Shown piece by piece: positions 49,103 through 58,146 of a stretch of 64,000 nt of DNA. The DNA lies in NCBI GenBank assembly GCA_963842525.1, contig CAWJGT010000021.1, forward strand, positions 34,716 to 98,715, written 5' to 3'. The stretch is from an uncultured Holophagales bacterium (GTDB lineage Bacteria > Acidobacteriota > Thermoanaerobaculia > Multivoradales > UBA5704). The notes under the pieces are model-generated. The model made no database searches. It was not told where the DNA came from and was given only the letters and a program-made list of their open reading frames with translations. Made by a program: the position numbers and the translations under genes. Every line of letters begins with the position of its first letter. The stretch's first letter is position 1.

Positions 49103-52100
49103 TCACCCGGCGAGAGCGAGCGCCGGGGGCGCGGCAGGGGGCGTGGCTTTTGCCGGATCCCGGCGGCGGCGGGCGATCACCTGGATGATGCCGGGGAGGA
49201 TTTCCACGTGGTCGGCGATCAGCTCGTGGAGCGTCCCGCGCTCGATGGCGAGGAGGCTGGACGGCTCGACCGCCTTTGCCGAGGCGGTACGGACTCCGGT
49301 CTCGACGGCGGCGATCTCGCCCAGGAGCTCTTCCGGCCCGCTCCGGCCGACCACCTGGCCGCGGACCTCGATCTCGATCCCGCCGGCCACGGTGATGTAC
49401 AGGTTGTCGCCGGGGTCGCCAGCCTGGAAGAGCAGCTCGCCCGGACGCAGCCGGACCTCGGTGATGGCTGCGGTGAGGCGGACCAGATCGGAGGGGCGGA
49501 CCTGGCCGAAGATCGGCGAGCGGCGCAGGATCTTCGCCTTCTCGAAGAGCAGCAGGGGCGGCTGGTCGCCCTCCCACCCCAGCCGGCGTTCGAGGGTTCG
49601 CAGATCCTGGGTCGGCAGCGATCCCCGCCGGCGCGCATAGAGCCCGCTGTCGAGCCTGTGGACCGCCCAGGCGGCCATCTCCCGGATCATCGGCTCCGGA
49701 TGGTGGAGGACGGCGAGGAGCTCGTCGGGGACCGCGGAGGCGGGCATGTCGACCAGGGCTCCGATCGCGCAGGCGCGGGTCCAATGGTCCATGTGTGAGC
49801 TGCCCTGGTGGATGATCTCGCACAGGCGCCCCACGCGGCCGAGCTGGCGCTGCGGGAAGCAGCGCTGGAGGCGCTCGAGGAGCTGGGACGGCGGGAGCTG
49901 CTCGAACAGCGGGAAGAGGGCCTCGCGCACGTCCGGCGGGACGACCGCCTCGGCGATCTCGAACACATAGGCGTGCCCCTGGCCGGCCGGGTCGGCCAGG
50001 CTGTGGCGCATCAGCTCCACCGCCTGCGGATCGGCCACCAAGGACAGAAGCAGGAAGATCGAGTCCCAGTCCCGCTCGAGGTCGCGCGCGAGGGCCGCCA
50101 CCACCTCTGCCACGGCGGGCTCGGTGCCGAGGTCGATCTGGGCCGCTGTGATCCAGGCCATGTGGCCCGCGATGTTCTCGACCTGCTGCTTGACCACGTT
50201 GTCCTGCAGGTCGTCGGCGTGGAAGCCGCGCCGTGCGAGGGAGAGCAGCGCCTGCCGCTGGACCTTGCGGTTTGGGTAGGTGATCTTGTCGAGAAGGAGG
50301 AGGTCCGTCTGCGGCCCGGGCACCTGCTCGTAGACCCGAACGATGCGCAGGAGGGTCTGGGGGCTCTGGTCGGAGCGGCGGAACATCTCCTCCAGGGAGT
50401 TGAGCATGGGCGCGCCGATCGTCACCAGGGCTGCGGCGGCCTCGCGGCAGCACTCGCTCGCGCGGAGCTGCTCGACGACGCGCGGCCAGACAGACCGGCC
50501 GAAGGGGCTGGCCGCCGCTCGCAGGGCCTCCCGGCGGACGGCGGTGTTGGTGTCCCACAACAGGCGCGGCAGCAGCTCGGCGGCCTCCTGCTTGGACAGG
50601 CTGGCGAGCAGGGATGCCGCGAGGCGCCGCTCCTCCGCGTCCTCCGACGTGGCCAGGGCGCGGACCCGCTCGTACGTGGTGTTGACCAGGAGGGACTCCA
50701 GGGTCCGCACGGCCTGGCGCAACGCGGCCCGCACGTCGAACCGCAGCTCTGTGGCCTCGCGGCGCTGCAGCTCGGCGAGCCGGTGGAGGAGGCGCAGCCG
50801 GTCGATGCGCTCCGCGGCCTCGCGGCGCAACTCCGGGTTGTCGGACGCCAGCAGCTCGCAGAGGGCCTCCTCGTGCAGGATGGAGTCGGACTTCTCGAGG
50901 ACGTTGAGCGCGTAGGCAACCTCGCCGACCGGCGCGGTATGGAGGTTGCGCCGCATCTGGTCGACGGGCGAGATGACGATCGGACGGCGGGTCCGGCGGG
51001 AGAGGAGCTGCAACAGCCGGACGCGGTATTCGCGGTGCGCCAGGAGAGTGACCGCCAGCCAGGCCACGAGGAGGAACACCAGGATCCAGATCACGCTGGC
51101 CGGACCAAACGCCGGAGGGCCGATGAGGAGCAGGGCGAGCCCCGCCAGGCCGAGGGAGACCTGCTTGACCACCCCTTCGACTCGGGTCTGGAAGACGAAC
51201 CGCTCGCTCTCGTCCACCGGCTGGAACAGGACCTTGAACGAGGGATCGAACAGCGAGCGGCGGACCACGAACTCGATCAGCTTGGCGAGCGAGAGGAAGA
51301 CGAAGAAGCTCAGGGCGGCGGTGCCCTGGACCCCCGCGCTGGCCGCCGCCAGCAGCGCGCAGAGCAGGACTCCCAACGGCAGGGACAGGAGGCCGAAGAG
51401 GAGCCCGAACTGCCGGATCAGGCGGCCGGAAAGAAACGTTTTCATCACCAGCTCGACGATCTTGGTGGCTCCCCAGAAGACGCCGAGGAAGATGGCGAGG
51501 GCCTCTTCGTTGCGGAACGTGCCGCGCGTCGCGCTGAGGAACCCGAAGTCGACGAAATAGAGGGAGAAGACGAGGAAGACGGCGAGGAGCGACAGCAGCA
51601 CGAAGTAGCGGTCGCGGAGCACGTGGGCCGGCGGGGCCTTTTCTTCCTCTACCTGGGCCGGGAGCGCGGGGCCGGCGACGGCCTCGGCCGGGAGCCTCCG
51701 CAACCCGGCGAGCACCACCAGCAGGCAGAGCGCCAGCCCTACGGCGGCGACCAGCAGGAGGTCCGAGGTGTCGCGGGAGAAGAAGGAGGAGACGAGCACG
51801 GGCACCAGGAAGAAGCCGAAGATCTCGGCCACCACCTCGCCGGAGCTGACGAGGCCGAACAGGCGCTTGCCCTGCTGCAGGTCGTAGGTGCGGCCGGCGA
51901 GGCCCCAGAAGCCGAGGTCGAGCAGCGTCAGCAGAGGATCGACGCAGATGAAGACGAGGAAGCTCATCCACAGCGGATCGCCGAGGCCGAAGGCCAGCCG
52001 GAAGGCACAGACCGCTGCCAGGAGGAAGGTCAGGTTGCCGATCAGCAGCCGGCGGAAGGGGAGGCGGCGCTGGAAGAGCGAGAAGAGCCACACCACCAGC

Positions 52101-52318
52101 GCACCCACCACGCCCGACGCGATGTAGGCGTAAGGGAGCCAGCGCGTCGCGTAGTGGCTGAGGAACGTGGCATTGGCAAAGGCGAAGAAGAAGGCGATGA
52201 AGATGCCGTTGCACAGCGACTGCCCCAGCAGGAACAGGGTGGGCAGACCCTCGCCCGGTCGGAGATCGAAAGTCCGGAAGAGGAAATCCTGGAGTCGGGT
52301 GCTGTGGCGGAGGTCCAT
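49103..52318 (-). CDS. Polytopic TLC/MFS-like (ATP:ADP-antiporter-like) membrane domain + HEAT-like solenoid + C-terminal cyclic-nucleotide-binding domain (1071 aa)
   Basis: About 12 TM helices span aa 1-440. HEAT-like repeats follow (DNPELRREAAERI, DTNTAVRREALRAA, HPEPMIREMAAWAV). The CAP_ED-like end is IFGQVRPSDL...LFQAGDPGDNLYITVAGGIEI...LLGEIAAVETGVRTASAKA. Confidence 0.7.
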   Translation of the reverse strand: MDLRHSTRLQDFLFRTFDLRPGEGLPTLFLLGQSLCNGIFIAFFFAFANATFLSHYATRWLPYAYIASGVVGALVVWLFSLFQRRLPFRRLLIGNLTFLLAAVCAFRLAFGLGDPLWMSFLVFICVDPLLTLLDLGFWGLAGRTYDLQQGKRLFGLVSSGEVVAEIFGFFLVPVLVSSFFSRDTSDLLLVAAVGLALCLLVVLAGLRRLPAEAVAGPALPAQVEEEKAPPAHVLRDRYFVLLSLLAVFLVFSLYFVDFGFLSATRGTFRNEEALAIFLGVFWGATKIVELVMKTFLSGRLIRQFGLLFGLLSLPLGVLLCALLAAASAGVQGTAALSFFVFLSLAKLIEFVVRRSLFDPSFKVLFQPVDESERFVFQTRVEGVVKQVSLGLAGLALLLIGPPAFGPASVIWILVFLLVAWLAVTLLAHREYRVRLLQLLSRRTRRPIVISPVDQMRRNLHTAPVGEVAYALNVLEKSDSILHEEALCELLASDNPELRREAAERIDRLRLLHRLAELQRREATELRFDVRAALRQAVRTLESLLVNTTYERVRALATSEDAEERRLAASLLASLSKQEAAELLPRLLWDTNTAVRREALRAAASPFGRSVWPRVVEQLRASECCREAAAALVTIGAPMLNSLEEMFRRSDQSPQTLLRIVRVYEQVPGPQTDLLLLDKITYPNRKVQRQALLSLARRGFHADDLQDNVVKQQVENIAGHMAWITAAQIDLGTEPAVAEVVAALARDLERDWDSIFLLLSLVADPQAVELMRHSLADPAGQGHAYVFEIAEAVVPPDVREALFPLFEQLPPSQLLERLQRCFPQRQLGRVGRLCEIIHQGSSHMDHWTRACAIGALVDMPASAVPDELLAVLHHPEPMIREMAAWAVHRLDSGLYARRRGSLPTQDLRTLERRLGWEGDQPPLLLFEKAKILRRSPIFGQVRPSDLVRLTAAITEVRLRPGELLFQAGDPGDNLYITVAGGIEIEVRGQVVGRSGPEELLGEIAAVETGVRTASAKAVEPSSLLAIERGTLHELIADHVEILPGIIQVIARRRRDPAKATPPAAPPALALAG

Positions 52319-52339
52319 CGCTCGCAGTCTCCCCCTCGT

Positions 52340-55000
52340 TCAGCGGCGGAACGACAGCCGCAGGAAGACGGCGCGCCCGGGCTGCGGCAGCACCCGGGCA
52401 AAGCTGACGCCGTCCGCCGGGGAGACCCCCGGATCGTCGTAGCGGGCGTCCAGCAGGTTGTTCACCACGAGCTGCAAGCGGACGCCGGGCAGGACGTTCT
52501 CGTACGCCACGGCGCCATTGACCACCAGCGACGGATCGACGCGCTCGCCGTAGGGGTCGACCGGCCGGCCGAGGCGATCGACCCACAGCTCCTGCGGCTC
52601 CCGCAGCAGGTCGAGGTTCTGGCCCGCGCGGCGCTCGCTGGCCCAGTTGCCTCGCACGTTGAAGGTCCAGCGGTCGGCGACGCGGCCGGTCAGCCCGAGG
52701 TTGACGCGGTGGTCGGCGATGTCCTCGATCCGTACGTCGACGATCGGGCGGCCCTGCTGATCCTGCAGCGGCGTGCCGTCGCTGTGCAGGGGATCGGTCC
52801 GCGGGTCGGTCCAGGTGTAGCTCGCGTCCAGGTCGAGCCGGCGGTAGCGCCATTTCGCCGCCGCCTGCACGCCGGAGATCTCCAGCGACCCGAGGTTCTG
52901 GTTCTGCAACGTGCTCGGCTGGTTCGGCCGCTCGATCTCCTTGGTGGTGACCACGTCGCTGTAGCGGGCCTGGAAGGCCGCCGCTTCCAGCGACAGCTCG
53001 GGCCGCGGCTGCCAGCCGGCGCTCACCTCCAGGTTGCGCACCCGCTCCGGAGCCAGTGCGGGGTTGGGCAGCTCCCGCAGGCCCGGCGCCGTGGCATAGC
53101 GGTTGAAATTCGACGGCGCCTTGAACGCCTCGGCATAGATCGCCTTGAGCACCCAGGAGGACGGGCTGTAGATGAAGGCCAGCCGCGGGCTCGCCACGGT
53201 GCCGTAGCCCTCTCCCCGGTGCTGGGTGTTGTGGTCGACGCGGGAGCCCAGCACCACCTTGAAGTGGTCCCGGAGCCGGTAGGACGCCTGCGCGAAGGCA
53301 CCCACGTCCAGCTCGTCGAAATATTGGGGGTCGTCGCCGGCCAGGTTGTCGGTCGTCAGCAGGTAATCTCCCTGGACCATGCTGTTGCGGGCATCGAAGC
53401 CGCCGACCACGGCGAGCCGGCTGGAGGGGCTGTAGACGAGCGTCGCCTCACCCTTGAACTGCTCGGAGAGGAGCGCATAGGAGGTCTCCTGCCAGAAGGA
53501 GGCGCGGTCCGTCGCAAGGTCGCGGAGACCGAGGCCGCCGTTTGCATAGCTCTTGAGCAGTTGCTCGCTGGTATCCCCGCCCAGCGTGTGCCGCTTGTAG
53601 CTGCTCGTGAAGCTCAAGGCGAGCCTGCGGCTCAGCTCGTTGTCGTACTTGACATAGAAGAGGCTCTGCTGGGGCACCCACAGCGTGCCGTTGTCGGCAC
53701 CGGCATAGAGGCCGTCGGTGTACCAACTGCTGAACCCCTCCTCACGGCGCCAGGTCTGGAAGCCGAGCGTCAGGTTGAAGAGGTGCAGCCGGCCGCCGAT
53801 CGACCAGTCGTCGGTCCTGTCCGAATACCGCGGCAGCCGTCCTTCGACCGGGATGGCGAGCGCCGCTTTGTCGAGGGCGCGGGCCCTCTCGGCGCCCGCC
53901 GGCGTGAGCTCGAAGCCGCCGCCCGCCGCCGGCCTCACATAGGGGGAGGCGCGCAGGAGCGCCTCGTCCGCCGCGGACAACGAGCCGCTCTCCGGCCCGG
54001 TGCGGAGGATGCGGGAATAGTCCAGCCCGTCGTAGAACGACGGGTCGTAGTCCCAATCGGGGAATTCCGAGAGGTCCCACTCGTCGGACTGGTAGAGGCG
54101 GGCGCTCAGCGCGAGCGAGACCTTCTTGTCGCGGCGGCGCGTCGCCAGCGTGACGTCGGCCCAGCGGGTGTCCCAGGCGCCGCCGCCGGCCGTCAGCGCG
54201 GTGGCGAAGCGGCGGCCCTCCGGGATCATCTCCTCGGTTTCGCGCGTGATCACGTTGATCACTCCGGCGAAGGCATTGGCGCCGTACAGGGTCGAGGCCG
54301 GGCCGTAGATCACCTCGATGCGGTCGACGTTGCTCAGCGGAAACTGCCGCGACAGATGCGCGGCGTTCGACCACAGGTCGTTCTCCTCGATGCCGTCCAC
54401 CAGGAACAGCGTGCGGTCGTTGCGCGAGCGGTAGCCGCGCTGGTAGAAGACCGAATAGATGTCGCCGTTGCCGCGGGAGAAATCGAAGCCCGGCAGGTCG
54501 TGGAGCACCTGCTCCAGGTCGAGGTAGCCGCGGCGTTCGATCTCCTCGGCGGTGATCACCACCACGGTGGCGGGCGCCTCGCGCAGCGACTCGGGGGTCT
54601 TCGACACCGAGGTCACCACGGCCGACGTCGGCTGCCTGTCGCGGATCTGCTGCACTCGCCGGACGAACGGCAACGGATCGTCGAAGGCCGGACGGAAAGA
54701 GGGGTTGAGCTCCAGCAGGCTGGCGATCGTCCGATCGGCCCGCTCGATCTCGTCGAGCGCCAGCCAGGCCTTGGCAAGCAGGGTGTAGGCGCCTTCCTGC
54801 TCGCTGGGCTCGAGGTCGTGCGCGCAGGGCTCGAGCCGGGAGACCACGAGCTCCAGGCGGCCGATCTCGAAATCGGCCTGCGCGGCCTGGAGGTCGCAAG
54901 CGGTCTCCGCCCGGACAGCCTGCGGAGCGAGCCCCGGCAGGAGGAGGGCGAGGCCGAGGAGGACCGGGCTCGTGAGGCGGAACGGGGTCGGGGTCCGCAT
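52340..55000 (-). CDS. TonB-dependent outer-membrane receptor with a helical N-terminal extension of about 90 aa
   Basis: It has a signal peptide (MRTPTPFRLTSPVLLGLALLLPGLAPQAVRA). The plug is VVVITAEEIERRGYLDLEQVLHDLPGF...IEVIYGPASTLYGANAFAGVINVIT. A long beta-barrel follows, ending in RLSFRR. Confidence 0.85.
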   Translation of the reverse strand: MRTPTPFRLTSPVLLGLALLLPGLAPQAVRAETACDLQAAQADFEIGRLELVVSRLEPCAHDLEPSEQEGAYTLLAKAWLALDEIERADRTIASLLELNPSFRPAFDDPLPFVRRVQQIRDRQPTSAVVTSVSKTPESLREAPATVVVITAEEIERRGYLDLEQVLHDLPGFDFSRGNGDIYSVFYQRGYRSRNDRTLFLVDGIEENDLWSNAAHLSRQFPLSNVDRIEVIYGPASTLYGANAFAGVINVITRETEEMIPEGRRFATALTAGGGAWDTRWADVTLATRRRDKKVSLALSARLYQSDEWDLSEFPDWDYDPSFYDGLDYSRILRTGPESGSLSAADEALLRASPYVRPAAGGGFELTPAGAERARALDKAALAIPVEGRLPRYSDRTDDWSIGGRLHLFNLTLGFQTWRREEGFSSWYTDGLYAGADNGTLWVPQQSLFYVKYDNELSRRLALSFTSSYKRHTLGGDTSEQLLKSYANGGLGLRDLATDRASFWQETSYALLSEQFKGEATLVYSPSSRLAVVGGFDARNSMVQGDYLLTTDNLAGDDPQYFDELDVGAFAQASYRLRDHFKVVLGSRVDHNTQHRGEGYGTVASPRLAFIYSPSSWVLKAIYAEAFKAPSNFNRYATAPGLRELPNPALAPERVRNLEVSAGWQPRPELSLEAAAFQARYSDVVTTKEIERPNQPSTLQNQNLGSLEISGVQAAAKWRYRRLDLDASYTWTDPRTDPLHSDGTPLQDQQGRPIVDVRIEDIADHRVNLGLTGRVADRWTFNVRGNWASERRAGQNLDLLREPQELWVDRLGRPVDPYGERVDPSLVVNGAVAYENVLPGVRLQLVVNNLLDARYDDPGVSPADGVSFARVLPQPGRAVFLRLSFRR

Positions 55001-55005
55001 GGTCG

Positions 55006-58000
55006 TTACTTCCCTTCGGGCAGGTCGGGACAGGTTCTCTCGTAGGCGAGGCCGGCGGACATGAAACGGCCCCACTCGGCCTGGCTCAGGTTGCGGCCGA
55101 CGCTCCGGCAGATGGCCTCGGCATAGGCCGCGGGGCGCGTCCAGCGGAGGCGCACCCGGCGGTCGGCGCCGCCGGAGATCAACCGCTGGCCTTCCGGCGT
55201 GAGCGCCACGGACCACACCCAGCCGCCGTTGTCCGCCAGGCGCAGCGGCTCGACGCCACGGCGGTTGACGTTCCACAGGCGGACGGTCCCGTCGAGTGCC
55301 CCCGAGGCGAGCAGGGCGGGCGGCGAGAAGGCCACGGAGCCGACCGCGGAGGCGTGGCCCGCGAGCACTGCCGGGGGAGCCGAGGGATCGGCGAGGCTCC
55401 AGAGCAGGATGGTCCCCTCCACCGTGCCCGCGGCCAGGAGCTGCCCGTTGGAGCTGAAGGCCGCCGAGCGCAAGTCGCGTCCGCTGGCGAGCACCTGCGG
55501 GGACGCGGGGAAGCTCCACAGCCGCAATCCGCTCGCGGTCGCGGCCGCCAGGCGCGAGCCGTCCGGGCTGAAGGCGAGTGAGGCGACCCGGGGGCCTGAA
55601 GGGAGCAGCACTTCGGTCACGTCGGGATTGGCGGGATGGCGCAGGAGCACTCCCCCGTCGCCGCTGCCGGAGGCCAGACGGCCGTCGGCCGCCCGGAAGG
55701 CCAGGGCACCAACGATGCCGGTATGGCCGGGCAGCGGGCGGGGCGCGCTTCCGGGCTGGGAGAGGTCGCGCAGCAGGAGCGTGCCGTCGAGCCCGCCCGC
55801 GGCGAGATACCGTCCCTGGGAGTCGAGCGCCAGCGAGCGGACGCCGCCCGGCAGCCTGGCCGCGACCTCCGGATTACCGGTTGCCTGGCGCAGATCGAGG
55901 AGGCTCACCGTGCCGTCGTCGGCGCCGGCCGCCAGGGTGCGGCCGTCGCGGGAGAGGGCCAGTGCGCGGACCGCGTCAGACTGCGGGAAAACGGGCTCCG
56001 TGCCGGGGGCGACGCGGAGGGCTCCCTGACGGAGAGCGCCGAACACATTGGCGTCTTCGGGATCGCCGTCTTCGCGCTGGTGGATCCGCCAGGCCTGGAG
56101 GGCGAGCAGCGCGGCGAGCTGCCGCTCGTCGGCGTCCTGGAGGCGCGCGAGCTGAGCGATCAGGGAGCGGCTGAGCTGGAGCTGCCCGAGGCGCCGGGCC
56201 TCCTCGGCGGATTCCTGGGCCTGCCGGCGGAGGTCGTCGGCCCTCTCCTTCTGCTGGCTGATCTCCACCGCGGCTGCCTCCGCCTCTGCCCGCGCCTCGC
56301 GGGCCCTATCCGCCGCGGTCTCGGCCGCCGCGCGAGCGTCGTCGGCCCGGCGCTTTTCCTCCAGCGCCACGACCGCGCTCTGGCTCGCCCGGAGGCGCTC
56401 GCTGTCCGCCACCCGCCTCTCCGCCTCGGCCGCCCGCCGCGCCCTGTTGGCCGCGATCTTTTCGCGGTCTGCGGCGCGGCGTTGCTGCTGTGCGAGGATC
56501 GTCTGGCTCTGCGCCTCGTTCGCCTTTTGCAACGCCAGCTGCGCCTGCTCCTCCGCCTTGTTGGCCGAGGCCTTGGCCTGCGACTGCCAGACCACGGCGA
56601 AGATGCCGAAGAGGAGGATGAGGAGGGCGGCCGAGCCGAGGATCACGGCCAGCCAGCGGACTTTTCGCAGCTCGCCCAGGCGCTGCAGCTCGCGCGACGC
56701 GAGGGCCAGGTCGCGCTCCCGCTCGCTATATTCCAGGAAGAGCAGGCTGCGCTCGAACGCGAGGTCGTAGCGCTGCGCCCAGAGCGCCGTCGGCTTCTGC
56801 CGGTCCCGCCAGTTGAGGGCCACCTGCAGCTCGGGGTCGCGCCACAGCCCGGCGGTCCCCTCCTGGTATTGCGTTGCGGCCTTCGACAGGCGCAGGTAGA
56901 GCTGCGCCGAGCGCGCCTCCTCGTCCACCCACTGGTGGAGCCGGGTCCAGGTCCGCATCAGGCTCTCGTGGGAGATGTCGAGGACGGTATCGGCGGTGAG
57001 CAGGACGCGCGCCGGCGGCATCAGGAAGGAGCGCCCCGGCCGGCGGAAGCGCTCGACCACGGCCACCACCTCCGTCTCGGTCGCGCCCGCCAGCTCGCAG
57101 ATCTCGCCCAGCCGTGTCGGGCGGCGCACCCCGCGGGCGTCCGAGCCCTTGTCGGTCAGCGCCTTGAAAAGGGTCTCGGCGATCTCGCGCTCGCGGTCCG
57201 AGGAGAGCTCCAGGTAGGCCTTCTCGGCGTGCAGCGAGAGCGCCTCCTTCATCGTGCCGGTGGCTTCGTAGTGGCGCAGGTCCAGGGGCTCGTCCTCGCC
57301 GTGATGGCCCGACCAGTAGTCCCAGGTCCGCATCAGGGCGTGCTGGAGGATGGGGAGCTGGTCGGGGTCGTCCCCCATGTCGTTCAGGAGGCGCAGCACC
57401 AGGCGAGGCGCGACCTCGGCGCCGCCCACGGCCACCGGACCGACGATGGCGGCGCGGCGTTCCTCGCGGGTCATCCGGGGCACCAGGTACTGCCCGTCGT
57501 TGACCGCCTCGGCCAGCCCGGGGAGCTCCGTGCAGTTGCCGATGAAGTCGCTGCGCATGGTGAGGACGACGTAGATTGGAACCTCTCCCTGGCGGACCGT
57601 CTCGAGGAGAAGGCTCGCGAACGCCGTGGCCTCGTCGCGGGAGTTGCTGATCCGCGGGTTGCGCTTGAAGCGGAAGAGCTCCTCGAACTGGTCGACCAGC
57701 ACCAGCAGGTTCTCGCCGGCCGGCAGGCGCGCCTGGCGCACGCACTCGATCAGCCCCCGGGTGCTGCGGTGCAGGGTGGCGTCGAGGATGGAGCGGTCGA
57801 CCTGGGCCATCTCCGGGTCGCCGCCGCGGCCGAGCACCGCAGGTGCGTTGAGCGCCGTCGCCAGATTGCCGATGGGATCGTCCCCCGGGCGGAAGATGGC
57901 GACCCGCCAGCTCGAGCCGGCCTGGACCATGAAGCCGCCGTGGAGCGACGGGATCAGCCCGGAGCGGACGAGCGACGACTTGCCGCTCCCCGACGTGCCC

Positions 58001-58146
58001 ACCACCGCCAGGAACCGGGTGCGGCGCAGGCGTCCGAGCAGCTCGTCGACCTGCCGCTCGCGGCCGAAGAACAGGTGCTCCTCCTCGGGCTCGAAGCTGC
58101 GCAGGCCGGGGAAGGGATTGAAGCCGACCGCCGTGTCGAGGATCAC
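55006..58146 (-). CDS. STAND-type P-loop NTPase (nSTAND1-like) - TM helix - long coiled coil - WD40 propeller (1046 aa)
   Basis: The GTG start overlaps the TIR gene stop (GTGA). Motifs are FPGLRSFEPEEEHLFFGRERQ, Walker A GTSGSGKSS and Walker B LLVLVDQFEE. The TM helix is WLAVILGSAALLILLFGIFAVVW. About 190 aa of Ala/Arg/Glu coiled coil and about 7 WD40 blades follow, with a C-terminal ICRSVGRNLSQAEW motif. Confidence 0.85.
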   Translation of the reverse strand: MILDTAVGFNPFPGLRSFEPEEEHLFFGRERQVDELLGRLRRTRFLAVVGTSGSGKSSLVRSGLIPSLHGGFMVQAGSSWRVAIFRPGDDPIGNLATALNAPAVLGRGGDPEMAQVDRSILDATLHRSTRGLIECVRQARLPAGENLLVLVDQFEELFRFKRNPRISNSRDEATAFASLLLETVRQGEVPIYVVLTMRSDFIGNCTELPGLAEAVNDGQYLVPRMTREERRAAIVGPVAVGGAEVAPRLVLRLLNDMGDDPDQLPILQHALMRTWDYWSGHHGEDEPLDLRHYEATGTMKEALSLHAEKAYLELSSDREREIAETLFKALTDKGSDARGVRRPTRLGEICELAGATETEVVAVVERFRRPGRSFLMPPARVLLTADTVLDISHESLMRTWTRLHQWVDEEARSAQLYLRLSKAATQYQEGTAGLWRDPELQVALNWRDRQKPTALWAQRYDLAFERSLLFLEYSERERDLALASRELQRLGELRKVRWLAVILGSAALLILLFGIFAVVWQSQAKASANKAEEQAQLALQKANEAQSQTILAQQQRRAADREKIAANRARRAAEAERRVADSERLRASQSAVVALEEKRRADDARAAAETAADRAREARAEAEAAAVEISQQKERADDLRRQAQESAEEARRLGQLQLSRSLIAQLARLQDADERQLAALLALQAWRIHQREDGDPEDANVFGALRQGALRVAPGTEPVFPQSDAVRALALSRDGRTLAAGADDGTVSLLDLRQATGNPEVAARLPGGVRSLALDSQGRYLAAGGLDGTLLLRDLSQPGSAPRPLPGHTGIVGALAFRAADGRLASGSGDGGVLLRHPANPDVTEVLLPSGPRVASLAFSPDGSRLAAATASGLRLWSFPASPQVLASGRDLRSAAFSSNGQLLAAGTVEGTILLWSLADPSAPPAVLAGHASAVGSVAFSPPALLASGALDGTVRLWNVNRRGVEPLRLADNGGWVWSVALTPEGQRLISGGADRRVRLRWTRPAAYAEAICRSVGRNLSQAEWGRFMSAGLAYERTCPDLPEGK

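Noticed and set aside
49808-55045. A 1745-aa plus-strand ORF and the 1271-aa minus-strand ORF 49038-52853 overlap the transporter-like and receptor genes.
   Set aside because: These are shadow ORFs typical of about 70% GC DNA. Their translations are monotonous Arg/Gly/Ala/Pro/Glu strings with no motifs, whereas the alternative frames give clean TM, HEAT, cNMP, plug and barrel sequences. The same reasoning removes 87-1412(-), 2516-4225(-), 22025-24169(-), 45828-47522(+), 55636-58209(+), 56726-58663(-), 58239-59654(+), 10488-12053(+), 34537-36057(-) and similar entries.
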